Shown here: positions 18,375-28,791 of the stretch, one piece after another
Layout of the letters: each line of letters opens with the position of its first letter
Position numbering within the stretch: the stretch's first letter is position 1
Assembly (NCBI GenBank): GCA_965206595.1
Contig: OZ242214.1
Location: 2,944,001-3,008,000, forward strand
Direction of reading: 5' to 3'
DNA: 64,000 bases
DNA from: Candidatus Latescibacterota bacterium
GTDB lineage: Bacteria > Latescibacterota > UBA2968 > UBA8231
The notes under the pieces: model-generated
Databases searched by the model: none
What the model was told of the DNA's origin: nothing
Seen by the model: the letters and a program-made list of their open reading frames with translations, nothing else
Program-made: the position numbers and the translations under genes

Positions 18375-20063
18375 TCATCGGGCCAAAAGCATGGTCACCC
18401 GATGCGGCTCGGTTCCCGGCGGCTGCTTCCGGGCTCCGTGAGCATCCCTCAGGGTGAACGGGTGATGCACGAGGATGTCCTGCTTGCCGTCCCTGTCCAG
18501 ATCCACCAGCCAGGCGAACTCCCCGTCGTGCAGCGACACCCCCACCTTCCGGGGCCGCCGGGCGAACAGGTCCGGCCCCGGCACTCCGGCAAAGAGGTGG
18601 AGCTCTCTGAACTCCGGCTCGATCAACAGGTCGGAGCGGCGGTCGCCGGTCACGTCCCCGATGAGCAACGTCCGGTTGAATGCGCGCGGCCAGGCTTTTT
18701 GCCTCTTGCGGCTCTCGTGCGTTCCCCCCCGAAGCAGGATGTCCAGGGGCACCCACCCCGGCTCGCGATGGCTGGGCACACCGTCCAGCGCGATTCTGCG
18801 GATGGCGTCGGGTTTGTCCGGGAAGAAGCCGTCCCCCGTTCGGTAGAACTCGAGATTCAGGACGACGTCGTCCCCCATGAAGCCCTTGATTCTCTTCCAG
18901 AGGCTGCTATCGAGGGATTCGACCCCGATGGTTGTGAACATCAGGTCGACCCGGCCGTCTCCATCGAAGTCGTGACGGTCCATGCCGAGCTGGATGTTGC
19001 CGTCGGACTCGATCCTGGCTCCGACCTCCGAGGCGAACGCGGTGCCTCCACCGGGTGTCCGGGCGCCGAAATGCACCTCGAAGGCGGAACGCCTGGCGGA
19101 TATGTTCCGGCCCTCCAGCGAGAAAACCACCAGTTCGGCGATCCCGTCGCCGCTCAGGTCGGCCAACGAGTGCAGCACCCTCCCCGTCATCTCTCCGGCG
19201 GCGAGCGAGGAGAGATCGTCCGATTCGAACTCCACCTCGGTTGTGAAGGGCCTGCCCACCGGTGAAAACAGGCCGCGCTCGTTCTGGAGATGAACTTCGA
19301 AGTGGTCCTCGTTCCAGAACACCAGGTCCCCGCGACCATCTCCGTTGTAGTCCATCTCGTGGATACGGCTCTGGCTCCAGGGGTCGTATCGGTACCCGTC
19401 GGCTCCCAGGATCCGGCGCATGTCGGTGGAGGGGCCGATCTTCACCGGATCTGCGAAGGTTCCGCCGCTCATCTGGATGAACACCCGGAAGCCGTCGACA
19501 TCCGGCACCAGAAGGTCGTCGCGGCCATCGCCGTTCACGTCACGGGTGACGTCCACATGGGGGATTTCCGTTCTGCGAGGGGGGGCGAAGTTGGAAGAAA
19601 CCGCAAGCAGCGGGCGCTCCGTCCCCGATTCGGGATCGAACCAGCTGAGACGGCCGGGTTCGAAGGTGACCAGCCGCTCGCGGCCGCCGATGTCGGCCAC
19701 ATCGACGAAAGCCACTCCGGGACGCAGGGTTGCCTCGAGTCCCGGCACCCAGGTGCTGTCTCCGAAGGCGTAGATGCGCAAGAGGCGGTCGCCGCTGTCG
19801 TCGACGGTCAGCACCGCCAGTTCCGCGATGGGGCCGCCGAGAAGAAATCCCGTCAGAACGGTCTGGCGTTTCGCCAGGCCGGTGACTACCTCGAACCGTT
19901 CGAAACTGAATTCCGCGGCAAAAGATTCCCCTACCCAGGTTCCCTCCGGGGTCGTGAATCTCGACAGGAACAATGCAAGAACCAGCAAGGAGAACCGGCT
20001 GCGTCGATACTGCCTCCGACACCGTTCCAGGGGAACCCTATTCCCCTGGGAGGATCGAATCAT
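18375..20063 (-). CDS. Secreted FG-GAP/VCBS repeat protein
   Basis: Repeated DxNGDGRxDL motifs (DVNGDGRDDL, DYNGDGRGDL, DFDGDGRVDL, DLDRDGKQDI). N-terminal hydrophobic segment. Confidence 0.85.
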   Translation of the reverse strand: MIRSSQGNRVPLERCRRQYRRSRFSLLVLALFLSRFTTPEGTWVGESFAAEFSFERFEVVTGLAKRQTVLTGFLLGGPIAELAVLTVDDSGDRLLRIYAFGDSTWVPGLEATLRPGVAFVDVADIGGRERLVTFEPGRLSWFDPESGTERPLLAVSSNFAPPRRTEIPHVDVTRDVNGDGRDDLLVPDVDGFRVFIQMSGGTFADPVKIGPSTDMRRILGADGYRYDPWSQSRIHEMDYNGDGRGDLVFWNEDHFEVHLQNERGLFSPVGRPFTTEVEFESDDLSSLAAGEMTGRVLHSLADLSGDGIAELVVFSLEGRNISARRSAFEVHFGARTPGGGTAFASEVGARIESDGNIQLGMDRHDFDGDGRVDLMFTTIGVESLDSSLWKRIKGFMGDDVVLNLEFYRTGDGFFPDKPDAIRRIALDGVPSHREPGWVPLDILLRGGTHESRKRQKAWPRAFNRTLLIGDVTGDRRSDLLIEPEFRELHLFAGVPGPDLFARRPRKVGVSLHDGEFAWLVDLDRDGKQDILVHHPFTLRDAHGARKQPPGTEPHRVTMLLAR

Positions 20064-20172
20064 TTTCTGGAGTGTGCCGTGTTCGGGTACGCATGCCAGC
20101 GGCCGTCACATCGGAAAAAGCCCCAGCACCTGTCCAGTGCGTGTCGCCCCTCCCCGGAACGCCGGGCCTTGG

Positions 20173-20826
20173 TCAGCTCGGGACAGTCTGCCTGGACTTT
20201 GCCCTCAGCGCCCTGGAGAGCGAACTCTTCATCCGATCGTCGAGACGGTAGAAGGACTCTTCCCCGGGTCCGATGTATCCCGGAAACACGTAGTCCACCC
20301 GCAGCTTCTCGAGTTTGGCGAGCTGGGGACGCCAAAGGCTCACCCGGTGCGGGTTGAATTGCATGTCCCACTTGTTGTCCCGCAGGTAGAGGGCGTGACT
20401 CGTGAACAGGTAGTACTTGCCCCTGTGCCGCCACCGGTAAACGCTGTGTCCGGCTGAGCAGGTAGGGAAGAACAGCGCCTCGAAGTCCGAGCCGTGTTGT
20501 ACGCCTTCGTCCCCGAACTGCACTTCCGGACACTTCGTCTTCTGACGTACCCCTCTTCGATCGGTACGATGATGATGGAGCCTGCATCCGAATCGATCGT
20601 GCAGATCTTCGTGCAGGCCGTCGCGATAGATATCGTGATGGTGCGAGACCCATTGGCTGTCGAGGCCGCCCAATCGCTCGATTTCATCCATGTCCCCGGT
20701 CGAGGGGCCGCTTTGGTGGCAAACCATCAGATTGCCCTCTTTGCGCACGAGTAGATACGTGTGACTCGTCCCCCTCCTGTTGGGGGCGCCGCCAAAGCGA
20801 TAGAGGTTTGCGAAGATGCGTTCCAT
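20173..20826 (-). CDS. Metallo-beta-lactamase-fold protein with a degenerate motif
   Basis: SHTYLLV, WVSHHHD, PTCSAGHS, YLFT and YVFPG follow the MBL pattern. RBS GGAG upstream. Confidence 0.6.
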   Translation of the reverse strand: MERIFANLYRFGGAPNRRGTSHTYLLVRKEGNLMVCHQSGPSTGDMDEIERLGGLDSQWVSHHHDIYRDGLHEDLHDRFGCRLHHHRTDRRGVRQKTKCPEVQFGDEGVQHGSDFEALFFPTCSAGHSVYRWRHRGKYYLFTSHALYLRDNKWDMQFNPHRVSLWRPQLAKLEKLRVDYVFPGYIGPGEESFYRLDDRMKSSLSRALRAKSRQTVPS

Positions 20827-20840
20827 GGTATGCTCCCTGG

Positions 20841-21074
20841 TTAAGTGTGAGTTGCGCTTGTTTCCGGCGGGAAGCTGATTCCTCGACGCAAATACTTCAG
20901 CGCGGAGCCCTCGGCCTCGCCGATCACCACCGGCAATCTGCGTTTGCCATCGCGGTCCAACAGCCAGACCAGGAACTGGTCGCCCCGGGAGATCACATCG
21001 GCGATTTCAACCTTGGTCATGTCCTGCTTCCTTTCATCGATATCGCGCAACTCGGCGAAGAGCGGCCAGCGCAC
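20841..21074 (-). pseudogene. Fragment of a bifunctional nuclease (DUF151/BFN) domain
   Basis: LVWLLDRDGKRRLPVVIGEAEGSAL matches the BFN N-terminal motif and is then truncated. Confidence 0.5.
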
Positions 21075-21131
21075 GGTCCACCCGCACCCCGGTGCGCTGA
21101 AGGCGGGTTGAGAATCGTCCCGCCTGGGAAC

Positions 21132-21457
21132 TCACCCGGCCGCACGATCCGTTCTTTCAGATCGCCGAGGAGTCGACGGCGGTTCGTAGCGGACTACCTC
21201 GATCTGGTCTTCGCCCCTGCGAGCCTGCGCCAACTCGTACGAAGCCTGCCGGCGCAGCCAGAACTCCGCGCTCGACCATCCCGCCTTCTCCAGGCGAATG
21301 GCCATCTCCGGTGAAACGCCCGCATGGCCGTTCAATACGCGCGAAAGCGTGTGGCGGGCGACACCCAACACCCTTGCCGCTTCGGTGACGTTCAGACCAA
21401 GAGGTTCCAGGCAGTTCTTCCTGATGCTGAGGACGGGATGGGGGGGGTCATGGCCAT
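21132..21457 (-). CDS. higA: HigA-family antitoxin (HTH), frameshift in the C8 run near the start
   Basis: [49 protein letters not shown]. ATGs at 21457 and 21451 are one base out of frame across the G8 run at 21440-21447. Confidence 0.85.
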
Positions 21458-21474
21458 GGTTTCTCGCCTCTTCG

Positions 21475-21522
21475 CTAATGGTAGTCGATCAAGTCGACGT
21501 CGCTGGCGTCACCCTCCTCTAC
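21475..21522 (-). pseudogene. higB: 3' remnant of a HigB toxin
   Basis: [14 protein letters not shown] is the characteristic HigB killer-protein C-terminus and lies immediately upstream of higA. Confidence 0.75.
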
Positions 21523-21964
21523 ACATGTCAATAGCCGGCAGGGCCGCCCGGCACGCCCATACCGTACCTCGGCAGGCTAATGGACCGCTGAACCCGCCGA
21601 ATTCTGGTAGCGGCACCCTGTAATGGCGATTATCTCGCCGGCGCGGCCGCGCTTGCGCCAGGGTTACGTCCACCGGCTCCAGCACCCGGACCCCATTCAT
21701 CCGAGGATCTCGTCACCATGGCTCCGCAAAGGTAAGCCGGCACGCCGCCATGGGCCTGCGAGCCGAAGCCCGCGCGCAGCCCCGTCCCGACTTCACCCTG
21801 TTCGTGCCCCGAGGAGGGGGGCTATGGAAAGCCCCATGCCCGGCGCCGGAAGCAGCCGTACCACCTCCTGGGCCAAGGCTGTGAGGCCACGGGCACTGCC
21901 GGGAACGGACCCCTGGTCGCCCGAGGCGACAGTGCACCATCGAAATCAATTGGGAGCTGAGTTC

Positions 21965-24900
21965 ATGAAGGCGGCAATCATCTGTTCCATCGCCCTGCTC
22001 GGGTCTTTCGGCCATGCAGAAGCCCAGACCCTGGTCGAGGGCCGGGTGCGGCTGGCATCGGGCCAACCCGCGGCCGGGGCCCAGGTGCGGTTGTTCGATC
22101 TGTCCGATCTGCGCCGCTCGCTGGCAGCCACGGCCGACGAGACCGGGTACTTCGCCCTTCCCTCCGGGGCCCTGCGGGGGCCCGCGGCCGGGGGCCTCCA
22201 CCTGGGGCCGAACTACCCCAATCCGTTCAACCCCTCCACAGTCATCCCGTTCCACCTGCCGGCCTCGACGCCGGTGCGGCTCGAGGTCTTCAACCTCCTC
22301 GGGCAGCGGATAGCGATCCTGGTCGACGGGGAGCTGACGGCCGGCTCTCACACGGCGACCTGGAACGGCACGGACGCCGCCGGGCGGCCGCTGGCCGCGG
22401 GGGTCTACCTCTACCGGCTGAGCTATCCCGGAGGGACGGGGACCGGGTCGATGGTGCTGACCGACGGGCGGGGCGGTACTCCCGGCGCTGGCGGGGGCGC
22501 GCCTGCCGCCGCCTCCGGGCAGACCGCGGAGTCCGCCCAGGTGTACGGGCTGACGGTCTCCGGACCTGGCCTGGAGACCTTCGTCGACCCGGCCTTCCGG
22601 GTGGAGGCCGGCATGGCCCCGGTCGACCTCGTAGTCGAAGCGCTCGACAGCAGGCCCCGCGGCAAGGCGGCGGCAGCCTCCGGGCTGTTGGGGGACGTCG
22701 ACAACAGCGGCCTCGTCGATATCGTCGACGCCCTGCTCCTCGCCATGTACAGCGCCAACCCCTCCATCGTCATGCCGAACGGCGGCGACATCTCCCTGGG
22801 GGACGTCAACCAGGACGGCACGACCGACTTCACCGACGCCTGGCTCATCGCCAGATACAGCCTCGATCCCTCCGATCCTCTGCTTCCCCCGGGGATCGGG
22901 GAGCCGGTGGCGCCCCCCGCGGCCCTGTCGCCGGACCCGTCCACCGTCGAGTTCGGGAACGACGGCGCCTGGCACGCCTTCACGGTCCAGGCCGGCAAAC
23001 CGGTCGTGGTCGTGGCCAACCCGGGCGAAGATCTCCCGCTGGTGGAGATCAGCGCCAGGAGCACCCGGTCCAGCTTCTGCCCCGCGGAAGCCGGGGACGC
23101 CGTATCGACCGAAGACGGCAGCTCCATCTACCTGTCCGGGTGCGAGGCCGGCACCGGCACGGTCGAGCTGCGGCGGGCGGAGGACCAGTCGGTCCTGCGG
23201 ACCTACACCATCGAGATCGAGGACACCGGCGGCAGCCCCCCCGACCTCGTCGTCGACCTCCCTGCGGTCAGCGACAGCAGCCTGAATACCGGACAGTCCT
23301 TCACCCTGAGCGTCACCGTCCGCAACGAGGGGGAGAAGGACTCGGAGGCGACCACCCTGCGCTACTACCGCTCTACGAACCGAACGATCTCCAGCTGGGA
23401 TACGGAAGCCGGCACCGGGGCGGTGGGTGCTCTTTCCGCGGCCGGCACCGGCACCTTGTCGATCTCCCTGACCCCACCGGCGAGCCCGGGAACCTGGTAC
23501 TACGGCGCCTGTGTCGAGAGCGTCAGCGGCGAGGGGAACACGCGGAACAACTGCTCCCGCGGGGTGCGGGTCAGCGTCGGCAGCGCCGACCTGATCGTCG
23601 AGGCCCCTGCGGCCAGCGACGCCAGCCCGGACGCCGGGGCGGCCTTCACCCTGAGCGCTACGGTCCGCAACCGAGGAGACAGCCGCTCGACCCTGACGGT
23701 GTTGCGCTACTACCGCTCGGATGACGCCGCGATCTCGACCAGCGACACTCAGGTCGGGACCGACGCGGTGAGCTCCCTTTCCGCCAACGGCACCAGCGCC
23801 GAGTCGGTCCGGTTGACCGCGCCTCCGAGCCCCGGAACCTGGTACTTCGGCGCCTGCGTCAGGCCGGTGCCGGGAGAATCCGACACCGGGAACAACTGCT
23901 CCGAAGCGGTCGAGGTGACCGTCGCAAGCTCCGACCTGGTGGTCGAGTCCCCCGCGGTCAGCGACAGCAGCCCGGAGACCGGGGCCTCCTTCACCTTCAG
24001 CGCCACGGTCCGCAACCAGGGCAGCAGCCAGTCCGCCTCGACCGTGCTGCGCTACTACCGCTCGCAGGACGCAGCGATCTCCACCAGCGACGCACAGGTG
24101 GGAACCAACGCGGTGGGTGCCCTCCCCGCCTCCGGCACCAGCGCCGAGTCGATCTCCCTGAGGGCTCCGGCGAGCCCGGCAACCTGGTACTACGGGGCCT
24201 GCGTTTCCCCGGTTTCAGGGGAATCCGATACCGGGAACAACTGTTCGTCCGCGGTGGAAGTAACGGTCACGGCCCCGGAGCCTCGGCTCTCGAAGTTGTA
24301 CTGGACCGACTGGGGCACCGACACGATTCGCCGCGCCGATCTCGACGGCTCTCAGGTGGAAGAGCTGGTAACCGGAGCCGGACTGGAGGGACCTGACGGG
24401 CTGGTCATCGACGCGGCCGGCGGCCGGATGTACTGGACCGACGCCGGCACGGCCAGAATCCAGCGGGCCAACCTCGACGGCTCCCAGGTGCAGGACCTGG
24501 TCACTTCCGGACTCACCATCCCTGCGGGGATTGCCCTGGATACGGGTGCCGGCAAGATGTACTGGGCCGACGCCGGCACGGGGAAAATCCAGCGCGGAAA
24601 CCTCGACGGCTCGGGAGTCCAGGACCTCGTCACACGCGACGACGGACTTGCCTTTCCCACAGGATTGGCGCTCGATCCGGCGGCCGGAAAGGTCTACTGG
24701 ACCGACCCCGGCACCGACAGGATCCAGCGCGGAAACCTCGACGGCTCCCAGGTGCAGGACCTCGTTACCAGCGGGATCGACAATCCATCGGCGATCGCCC
24801 TCGATTTGAACGGGGGCAGGATGTACTGGACCGACCGCGGCACCCGGAAAATCCAGCGGGCAAGCCTCGATGGTTCCGGGGTGGAAGACCTGGTCGCCAG

Positions 24901-25087
24901 CGGCCTGGATCTTCCCGGTGGGCTGGCGCTGGACCTGCGTGGCGGAAAGATGTACTGGACCGACCGGGGCACCGGAAAGATCCAGCGGGCAAACCTCGAC
25001 GGATCCGGGGTCGAGGACCTGTTGACCACTGCCGACGGGCTGGAGCATCCAACGGGGCTGGCCCTGGCTGCGGAACCAGGGAATTGA
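21965..25087 (+). CDS. Secreted modular protein: N-terminal FlgD/T9SS-CTD-like domain, dockerin-like EF-hands, 3 CARDB-like domains and a YWTD (LDL receptor class B) propeller
   Basis: Signal peptide MKAAIIC..AEA, NYPNPFNPST, GDVDNSG/GDVNQDG, three PDL..YYGACV..NNCS units, six YWTD-type repeats. Confidence 0.85.
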   Translation: MKAAIICSIALLGSFGHAEAQTLVEGRVRLASGQPAAGAQVRLFDLSDLRRSLAATADETGYFALPSGALRGPAAGGLHLGPNYPNPFNPSTVIPFHLPASTPVRLEVFNLLGQRIAILVDGELTAGSHTATWNGTDAAGRPLAAGVYLYRLSYPGGTGTGSMVLTDGRGGTPGAGGGAPAAASGQTAESAQVYGLTVSGPGLETFVDPAFRVEAGMAPVDLVVEALDSRPRGKAAAASGLLGDVDNSGLVDIVDALLLAMYSANPSIVMPNGGDISLGDVNQDGTTDFTDAWLIARYSLDPSDPLLPPGIGEPVAPPAALSPDPSTVEFGNDGAWHAFTVQAGKPVVVVANPGEDLPLVEISARSTRSSFCPAEAGDAVSTEDGSSIYLSGCEAGTGTVELRRAEDQSVLRTYTIEIEDTGGSPPDLVVDLPAVSDSSLNTGQSFTLSVTVRNEGEKDSEATTLRYYRSTNRTISSWDTEAGTGAVGALSAAGTGTLSISLTPPASPGTWYYGACVESVSGEGNTRNNCSRGVRVSVGSADLIVEAPAASDASPDAGAAFTLSATVRNRGDSRSTLTVLRYYRSDDAAISTSDTQVGTDAVSSLSANGTSAESVRLTAPPSPGTWYFGACVRPVPGESDTGNNCSEAVEVTVASSDLVVESPAVSDSSPETGASFTFSATVRNQGSSQSASTVLRYYRSQDAAISTSDAQVGTNAVGALPASGTSAESISLRAPASPATWYYGACVSPVSGESDTGNNCSSAVEVTVTAPEPRLSKLYWTDWGTDTIRRADLDGSQVEELVTGAGLEGPDGLVIDAAGGRMYWTDAGTARIQRANLDGSQVQDLVTSGLTIPAGIALDTGAGKMYWADAGTGKIQRGNLDGSGVQDLVTRDDGLAFPTGLALDPAAGKVYWTDPGTDRIQRGNLDGSQVQDLVTSGIDNPSAIALDLNGGRMYWTDRGTRKIQRASLDGSGVEDLVASGLDLPGGLALDLRGGKMYWTDRGTGKIQRANLDGSGVEDLLTTADGLEHPTGLALAAEPGN

Positions 25088-25175
25088 TCTGGTCCCGTCA
25101 GGAGCTTTTTCAGAACGAGATGAACCCTGGCTCCACCTATACGAGACCTGATGTCCGGGAATGGTTGCGCAAGGC

Positions 25176-25365
25176 CGCCGTCACCGAAGCCGCGGAGATA
25201 GCACAGGGGCTGGTACGAAAGATTGCAGAATCGTGGCATTGGACACTGCGACCCCCTGCCTCAAGCATCGAGATCCCAGTCGAAGGACAACGCGGAAATT
25301 GAACTGATGGTGCCGGTCAGCGTTCCGTAATGGGACGACTCTCCGGGTTCAAGTATCGAGAAGTC
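25176..25365 (+). pseudogene. Decayed hicB-hicA toxin-antitoxin remnant
   Basis: VTEAAEIAQGLVRKIAES...ELMVPVSVP* (HicB-like end) overlaps by TAATG with MGRLSGFKYREV (HicA-like start at 25330), which is then cut off. Confidence 0.6.
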
Positions 25366-25756
25366 TTTGGGCGGCTTCGATATTTTAAGCGCAAGCTTAC
25401 CCTCTTGCGGTAGGCGCTTAAAGAATCTTCAGCTTCAGACGGCCATATGGCGTCCTTGCCGGACATGCGGGGCCGCCACTACCAGAACATTGAAACTCTC
25501 CCAGGCTCAGCGGCCAGGTTTTGTCCCCTTGCACTTATGCCTTGCCCTCCAGCCAACTGCCCGTCAATTGCAGCTTTACAGCAATCGGCTGCATTCCCAT
25601 GCAGGTCAGGCATTGAATCCTGTCGATTCGAAGCACGCTGAATGGTGTCGGTCTATGAGCCGGCCTTTCTGATTTACGGTTTCGATCTCCAGATTGCGTT
25701 TGACGCGCCGCACGCGTCCTGACTAGGATACAGGCCATGCAAAAGGTGAACCCTGC

Positions 25757-27115
25757 ATGGTAGCCAAAGGTGTCACGATGCTTCGATCCCTTTCCCTTGT
25801 CCTGATATTGACCGCACTGGCTGCGCCGGCTGTGGGGCAAACCGTCCCCACCGCAGCCGCAGAAACCGACACAACCGACGTCTACGAGACGCGGCGCAAT
25901 CACGTGCTCGCCTTCCCGAAGTACGTCTGGAACGCCCTGGTTTTCCCGCTCGGCAAGTTCACCATCTGGCTCGAGCGGAAAGAGATTCCCCAGCGGTTGA
26001 TCGAGATGTTCACCTTCCAGGACATCTTCGAGCTGTATCCGAACGCGACCCTGGGTGGAGAGACGGGAACCGCCGGCGGCATTTCCTTGCTTTACACCGA
26101 TCTGTTCGGACGCGGCAAGGGGATCTCGACAAGCTTTATCGCCAACCCCTCCAACTACAGCGGACTCGTCCTGTTCGAGGACCCGGGGATCGGGGGCGGT
26201 CCCTGGTACTGGAGCGCCACACTCGAAGCGCTGAAGACGGGAAATGAGGACGCCACCATTAACGGCGAGTTGCGCAGGTCCGGGTCCCTGCTCGATCACG
26301 AACGGAGAGATACCAGAATTTCTTTTGGGCGCCGCACCAACTACGGCGTGACCGAGGGGTACGAACCGGATGCGGTCCTCGAGCTGCGGCTGTCCCAGGG
26401 CTTCCGCAAGTTCGCCGCCGCCGATTTCGACCCCGGCGACTTTCCCGGTCTGAACGAGGCGATCAACCTGTTCTCCGTCGGTGGCATGGCCGCTTTCGAC
26501 GACCGGGACTTCAAGCCGCCGACCGCCTCGATCCGCCTGCCGCTGAACTACCAGCTGCCCGGGCGGGTGCTGCTTTTCGCCGACGACCGCTACTACAGCT
26601 TTCGCGACACCGCCTTCCCGGAGCACGGCGGGCTCGCGCGCATCGAGGCCGATTACGCAACTGGCTCCAATGACGTCCGGTATTTCCGCTACTCAGCGGA
26701 GCTTCAGCGCTTCTTCACCCTGTTCTTCAGGAACCGCATCCTCGGTGTCAGGGCCCGGCTCGAGAAGGCGCACGCCCTGGGAGACGGCAGCCTCATCCCC
26801 TATTCCGACCTGCCCACTCTGGGCGGGGATGGGCAGTTGCGCGGGTACCGGCGCGGATTCTTTCGCGACAAGGGCAGCCTGCTGTTGAGCGCCGAATACC
26901 GCTACCCGATCTGGGACACCTGGAACGCCGTCCTCTTCTGGGATGAAGGGCAGGTGTTCGACAGGTACGGCGACCTCGAAGCGGGCGGGTTCGAGTACAG
27001 CTTCGGCGCCGGAATCAGCGTGCGCACCGAGCGTTCCTTCCTGTTCGGGCTGCGCATCGCCCACAGCAAGGAGGAGAAGGCGTTGACCGGCTTCTCGCTG
27101 GAAAAGGAGTTCTGA
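25757..27115 (+). CDS. Omp85 (BamA/TamA-family) outer-membrane barrel without clear POTRA domains
   Basis: Signal peptide, LGGDGQLRGY loop-6 motif, SAEYRYPI, alternating beta-strands and a terminal Phe (LEKEF). Confidence 0.85.
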   Translation: MVAKGVTMLRSLSLVLILTALAAPAVGQTVPTAAAETDTTDVYETRRNHVLAFPKYVWNALVFPLGKFTIWLERKEIPQRLIEMFTFQDIFELYPNATLGGETGTAGGISLLYTDLFGRGKGISTSFIANPSNYSGLVLFEDPGIGGGPWYWSATLEALKTGNEDATINGELRRSGSLLDHERRDTRISFGRRTNYGVTEGYEPDAVLELRLSQGFRKFAAADFDPGDFPGLNEAINLFSVGGMAAFDDRDFKPPTASIRLPLNYQLPGRVLLFADDRYYSFRDTAFPEHGGLARIEADYATGSNDVRYFRYSAELQRFFTLFFRNRILGVRARLEKAHALGDGSLIPYSDLPTLGGDGQLRGYRRGFFRDKGSLLLSAEYRYPIWDTWNAVLFWDEGQVFDRYGDLEAGGFEYSFGAGISVRTERSFLFGLRIAHSKEEKALTGFSLEKEF

Positions 27116-28788
27116 TGAGTTCCCCGCAAGCCGCCATGCTGCTGGTCCTTGTGCTGTTGTCGCCGATCGCCGGCGGGGCCGTCACGGAGCTGACCACCGA
27201 TCCCGTCAAGTGGTTCGACGCCGACAACAAGCCGACCCCCGAGCCGGCCGAGGCCAAGGAGAACAAGGTCTGGGACTTCATCGACAAATCCTCCTTTTAC
27301 CAGGTCGGCAAGGTGCTGGACCTGGGGTGGACCGGGCGCCGGGTCGGAGACCTCCTCGGAATCGTAGGGCCGCGCCAGGCCGACAACGTCAACGCCCTCG
27401 ACGAGGTCCCCAACTCTTCCTGGTTCACCAACCGGCACTTCCTGATGCCGATGACCCTGGAAGAGCTTGCCGAGGGACCCGGCTTCGCCGAACCGGACGA
27501 CAGCGGACCCTGGGAGGTCGTCGCCGGCAAGTTCGAGGGGATCACCGCGGGCTTCACCATCAAGGACGCCTCGAAGCGGTACTTCCTGCTCAAGTTCGAT
27601 TCCGAAGGGAACAACGAGATGGGTTCCGGGGCCGAGGCGGTCGTCACCAAGGTGCTGTACGCCGCCGGCTACAACGTTCCGCTCAACTCGGTGGTCTACT
27701 TCGATCCCGGACAGCTGCAGATCGGCCCGAAGGCCAGGGTGCCGGCGAAAGAGGGCGGCAAGCGGCCGATGACCCCGAAGGATCTGCAGAAAATCCTCGA
27801 CCACATCGCCCCGGAGCCGGACGGCACCCTGCGCTGCCTGGCCAGCCAGTTCCTCACGGGCAAGCCGGTCGGCGTCTTCAACTACAACGGCCGCCGCGGG
27901 GACGACCCCAACGACCGGGTCGACCACGAGCACCGGCGCGAGCTGCGGGGGCTGCGCGTCATCGGCTCCTGGCTCAACGACGCCGACCGCCGCGCCGCCA
28001 ACACCCTTGACATGTACGTGACCGAGGACGACCGCCGCTACGTCCGCCACTACCTGATCGACATGGGCTCCGCCCTCGGCAGCGGCAGCTGGAGACCGCA
28101 CCAGCCCAAGCACGGCAACGAGTACATGGTCGACCCGCGCACGATCTTGCGTTCGCTCGTATCGCTTGGGTTCTACATGAAGAAGTGGGAAGAGCCGGTG
28201 CCGATGCCCTACATCTCTCTCGGCTATTTCGAGAACGAGACCTTCCGTCCCGGGGACTGGGTGCCGGACTATCCCAACCCCGCGTTCGAACGCTGCACCA
28301 ACCGGGACGGGTACTGGGGCGCCAAAATCGTCATGGCCTTCCGGGACGACGAGATCCGCGCCATGGTGGAACGGGGGCGCTACTCGGATCCGGGCGCGAG
28401 CGCGGAGCTGACCCGGCTTCTGGCCGAGCGCCGGGACATGATCGGGCGCTACTGGTTCGAGCGCGTCAACCCGCTGGATCGCTTCGAAGTCGGAGACGGC
28501 CGGCTTCGCTTCGTCGATCTCGCCGTGGAGGGGGGGCTGGTGCCGCGCGCCTCGCGGCAGTGGCGGTATGCTGCTATCGATGCAGACGGGGACCGGATTG
28601 CCGATCCGCGGGTTGTAGCCGAGCCGGTCATCCCGATCGGCGAGGAGGCGCAACCCGGGCAGTTTTTCGGCTACCGGATCCGGAGCCGCAGCGGCGAGAG
28701 CGGGAAGTGGAGCAAGGATACCACGGTGTTTCTCTACAAACACGAAGACGGCCGCCTGCAACTGGTGCGGATCGAACGGGAGGAGTAA
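27115..28788 (+). CDS. Secreted protein with an atypical (HipA/PI3K-PI4K/CotH-like) kinase-fold signature
   Basis: Signal peptide, GKFEGITAG..YFLLKFD, AEAVVTKVLYAAGYNVP, WLNDADRRAANTL and YLIDMGSALG. TGATG coupling to the Omp85 gene. Confidence 0.65.
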   Translation: MSSPQAAMLLVLVLLSPIAGGAVTELTTDPVKWFDADNKPTPEPAEAKENKVWDFIDKSSFYQVGKVLDLGWTGRRVGDLLGIVGPRQADNVNALDEVPNSSWFTNRHFLMPMTLEELAEGPGFAEPDDSGPWEVVAGKFEGITAGFTIKDASKRYFLLKFDSEGNNEMGSGAEAVVTKVLYAAGYNVPLNSVVYFDPGQLQIGPKARVPAKEGGKRPMTPKDLQKILDHIAPEPDGTLRCLASQFLTGKPVGVFNYNGRRGDDPNDRVDHEHRRELRGLRVIGSWLNDADRRAANTLDMYVTEDDRRYVRHYLIDMGSALGSGSWRPHQPKHGNEYMVDPRTILRSLVSLGFYMKKWEEPVPMPYISLGYFENETFRPGDWVPDYPNPAFERCTNRDGYWGAKIVMAFRDDEIRAMVERGRYSDPGASAELTRLLAERRDMIGRYWFERVNPLDRFEVGDGRLRFVDLAVEGGLVPRASRQWRYAAIDADGDRIADPRVVAEPVIPIGEEAQPGQFFGYRIRSRSGESGKWSKDTTVFLYKHEDGRLQLVRIEREE

Positions 28789-28791
28789 AAA

